Below, in pieces: positions 1 to 64,000 of a DNA stretch of 64,000 bases. The notes below the pieces were generated by a model. That model saw nothing but the letters and a program-made list of their open reading frames with translations. It did no database searches and had not been told where the DNA came from. The stretch is from Nemertoderma westbladi (lineage: Eukaryota; Animalia; Xenacoelomorpha), in contig JAUCBJ010006518.1 of assembly GCA_032718475.1 (NCBI GenBank), forward strand, positions 1-64,000, read 5' to 3'. The position numbers and the translations under genes were made by a program. How positions within the stretch are numbered: position 1 is the first letter of the stretch; each line of letters starts with the position of its first letter.

Positions 1-214
1 TCACGATTCCCAAACTCCGGCCATTACTATACAAGTTGAATCGTTACTGGCGCAAATATCTGATGCTTTTAACCAGTTGTCAGTTTGTTGTATAAGTATA
101 TCATGAGTATTATTAAGTTATCCTTTCTTTCTTCTTTTGGGGCTTAACTTTAGTGTCATTTCCTGGCTTGGCCTCCTGAGAAGGCCTACCACATAATTAT
201 TGTTTGTGTTATAG

Positions 215-61082
<60,868 letters not shown>

Positions 61083-61159
61083 TTGCCTAGCAACCAGACA
61101 CACAAACTATTCCCGCACATGGCTGCTCTTATTCTGCTGAAGCTTCATTGGTTCTGGTT

Positions 61160-61165
61160 AATAAA
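61160..61165 (+). promoter_or_regulatory. Possible polyadenylation signal
   Basis: First AATAAA after the stop codon; weak evidence in AT-rich DNA. Confidence 0.3.
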
Positions 61166-63334
61166 TTAATTGTTGTGCCTAAAAACCTGTTTAAAACAAA
61201 TGACCCCACCCATACCAACCTGCTGTCTGTCCCATGTCTAGAATCGGTAGCAATTTTTTAGTATTTAATAATGATATCAGTATAAGTCTGCCAAATGGGG
61301 GTATTAATTATATATCGTGTGCAAATTAATTAGTTTGGTATTAATTAATAATTGTTATTGGGGTTCTTTATTAATTAATTTGTGCTGGTGTGTCTATTAC
61401 TTGCGAATTTATGCTCTGAGTTTGTAATTAATTAATCCGCTTTCTCATCTAATTATCTAACAATCTTTTAGGTGGGCCATAATTTTTGGTTTCTATATTT
61501 TAATATTATTATTGTAGGCCTACAATTTTTGCCATAACTTAGCTCAACCATTATTTGATTTCCTGAAACTTAAATTATAACCATTCCTATATTGCATGAA
61601 GCTTGTTATAGAATAGAATGAAATAACATAGAAAATAGAATAGACATAGAATAGACATAGAAAACAAATAGAATGAAAAATCCAAAAATATCCTAGTGTG
61701 GTGCCAGTGTTATTGTAGATTTAGAAGTCTATTGATTTTCGTCTCCTTTGGTATGAATTACATACGTAAAGGTTTTGGTTAATAGCTAACAAAATTATTG
61801 TTAAAAACCAATAATTAGCGATCCAATCATTCAATTAAGAGTCCCTATTAGAGCTTGTGACGTCACATCATTATGATTTTTCATAAATAGTTTTCATTAA
61901 TAATATTCACTGGATGTAAAATGTTATTTGTATTGATTTCGGTTTATGATTTAATGATAAATTATCGACTATATTGTGGATATTGTTTGGTTTCAATTAT
62001 TTGACGCGATTTTAGGAAATTCATTGTTTGAATCATTCCAAGATAGACTATTTATCCGTATTAATAATTGTATTGGCGTAGAAACTTGTGCGGAATTATT
62101 TACGCCCCCTAGTGACGCGGTAGCCCAACGATTTACTATACCCAGCTCCATCTAATGGTATTTTGTTGTATTGCCGAATTCATTGGGTGTGTTTGTGACC
62201 CACGCTAGGCGGATTTTAGCTTAGGTATATCAAATAATTTCAACGTACATTGTCTTGTCTCTTTTGTCAGCTATATATGTTATTATAAAATAATTATATT
62301 ATTATATTTACTATTCTATTATTTACAGTGATTTGAGTATTATAATGTTGGATACAGAATGACGTCACTTGACCTTTTTGTTATGCTTATTGAAGGCGCA
62401 CATCACAATTGGAAAATAAAAGGTTGTGGAAATACACATTCTGAAAATCGCGAATTCATTCAGCAAGGGAGACAACCTCCCCCCCCCCCCCCCCCCATTT
62501 TTGCGGTAGCTAATAGAATTGTGCTACGCGGCAGCCACGTTTTATTTACTCACCTCTAACAACTATTATAGTCCAAAATTCAGTGAAATAATTAAGGTTT
62601 GCAAAATGTTACCCATCGGGGACAACATTATTGTGTTACCCAGTGTAAAATTTTTATGACATATGGTGCATATGTATTACACCGGGGACAGTCTACCAAA
62701 TTTGTCATTATTGTGCGGTTGACACTATTGTTGTTACCTATTTAACTGAGCTGCTGAGTGCTGATGGTGGACCGGACCCCATCTCAATATATGAGCTCTA
62801 CAAAATGTATTACGAACACAATGTGAATACTAGCTCCTATTGTAAGACCGCTATAAGATAGAGTCTTTGAAGGAATGTAATTTAGTGGGGTTGAATTAAA
62901 ACATTACGGCGCGAAATACAGAAAAGTAGCAAAACTGGATTAATTTTTTTGTAAATAAATAAAGTTTCTCAAAACCCAACGTTTTATAGGACTATTATTC
63001 GATAAAATAAAAGTAAGCGGAAAATATCGCTTTTTTCACTCATTGTAAATTTAGCGAAATTCAACTATTCTGTACGAGTGGTTGAGTTTTACACGAGCAG
63101 GCAGGTTTTTGGCACGAGCGAAGCGAGTGTTACAATGCCAACGAGATTTTTTTTTTCAGAAAAAAAAATAGTTAAAAAAAATAATTTTTTAAACTAATTT
63201 TCTGGTAATTAGTGAAAATATTTAGAGTAATTAACTCAATTTTAAAAATATTAGTGAGAAAAAGAGCCTTTGTCAAATAATTACATAATATTCTCACAAA
63301 GAATAGGTAGGACCAGGTTGGAGACAAGCCTATT

Positions 63335-63565
63335 ACCGAAGGGAGACTTGATCTCCAAAAATCGTTCTGAAGAACAATTAAATGAATTTTTCAATGCCGT
63401 TTTAACTTTATCACATTACATTTATGATTTCTATCATTATGTGAAAGTTTGAGAATATCAACCTTTAAACTTTTTAAATTAAACCAATAATTCATATTTT
63501 CAAAAAAGCATCAAGTCTCCCTCAATGTGGGGAGACTTGACCCCTAGGGTGGGAGACTTGAATCC
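63335..63565. repeat. Cluster of direct and inverted GGGAGACTTGA motifs, possible transposon remnant
   Basis: AGGGAGACTTGAT near 63339, inverted ATCAAGTCTCCCT near 63510, further copies near 63530 and 63551. Confidence 0.4.
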
Positions 63566-64000
63566 CCATTCGCATTTTTGTGAATTTGTACAAAAATCCA
63601 TTAGAGGTGAAATAATTACATGTTCAACATCAACATTAAAAATGCGATTATTATTTTGTCAAATTATTATCCCAAATTTTATATAATAATATGGTCGTTC
63701 AAGTGGTTCTAACAAAATCGAAATAAATAATGAAAGTCCATTAAAACTGCAATAAAATGTAACTCAGCAAGGCACTTTGTAATAATAATATAATAATATT
63801 AATAATACTTCACCAGCTAAAAGCATGTCTTAAAGTGTGGAATCTTATAAAAAAATAAAATCCGACAAAAACGACATTTACTTTTAACCCAGAAAACGTT
63901 TATTCGCAAAAAAATAACCAAAAGGTAATAAAACATTGTTGCCTACAAGTATTTTGAACATTTTTGTGCGGATAGTATTGTCAAATAATTTACAATAGTT

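Overview
AT-rich animal genomic DNA, not prokaryotic. The + strand carries the 3' part of a non-muscle myosin II heavy chain gene: 21 GT-AG exons from 215 to the stop at 61082, with all intron phases consistent, covering late motor domain, converter, IQ region, coiled coil and tailpiece. Two things stand out. (1) Nested antisense in the myosin intron 11899-22572 is a 4-exon gene of about 529 aa. Its N-terminal domain carries the motifs I recall for bacterial AetD-like heme-oxygenase-like diiron oxidases (HDO). It is preceded by a possible mitochondrial presequence and followed by a second copy of the domain that lacks the metal ligands; it is a candidate horizontally acquired, intronised enzyme. 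(2) About 60% of the window is tandem repeat. Five arrays (37, 15, 48, 38 and 63 bp units; the largest is 26 kb) are copies of an exon end plus its 5' splice site, in both genes and always extending downstream in that gene's direction of transcription. Two further arrays repeat branch-point motifs (TACTAAC, CACTAAC). Also present: a hAT-type MITE with an 8-bp TSD, a foldback-like element, and a Helentron/DINE-like element with nine CTCF-like motifs. Protein family assignments are from remembered motifs, not database searches.
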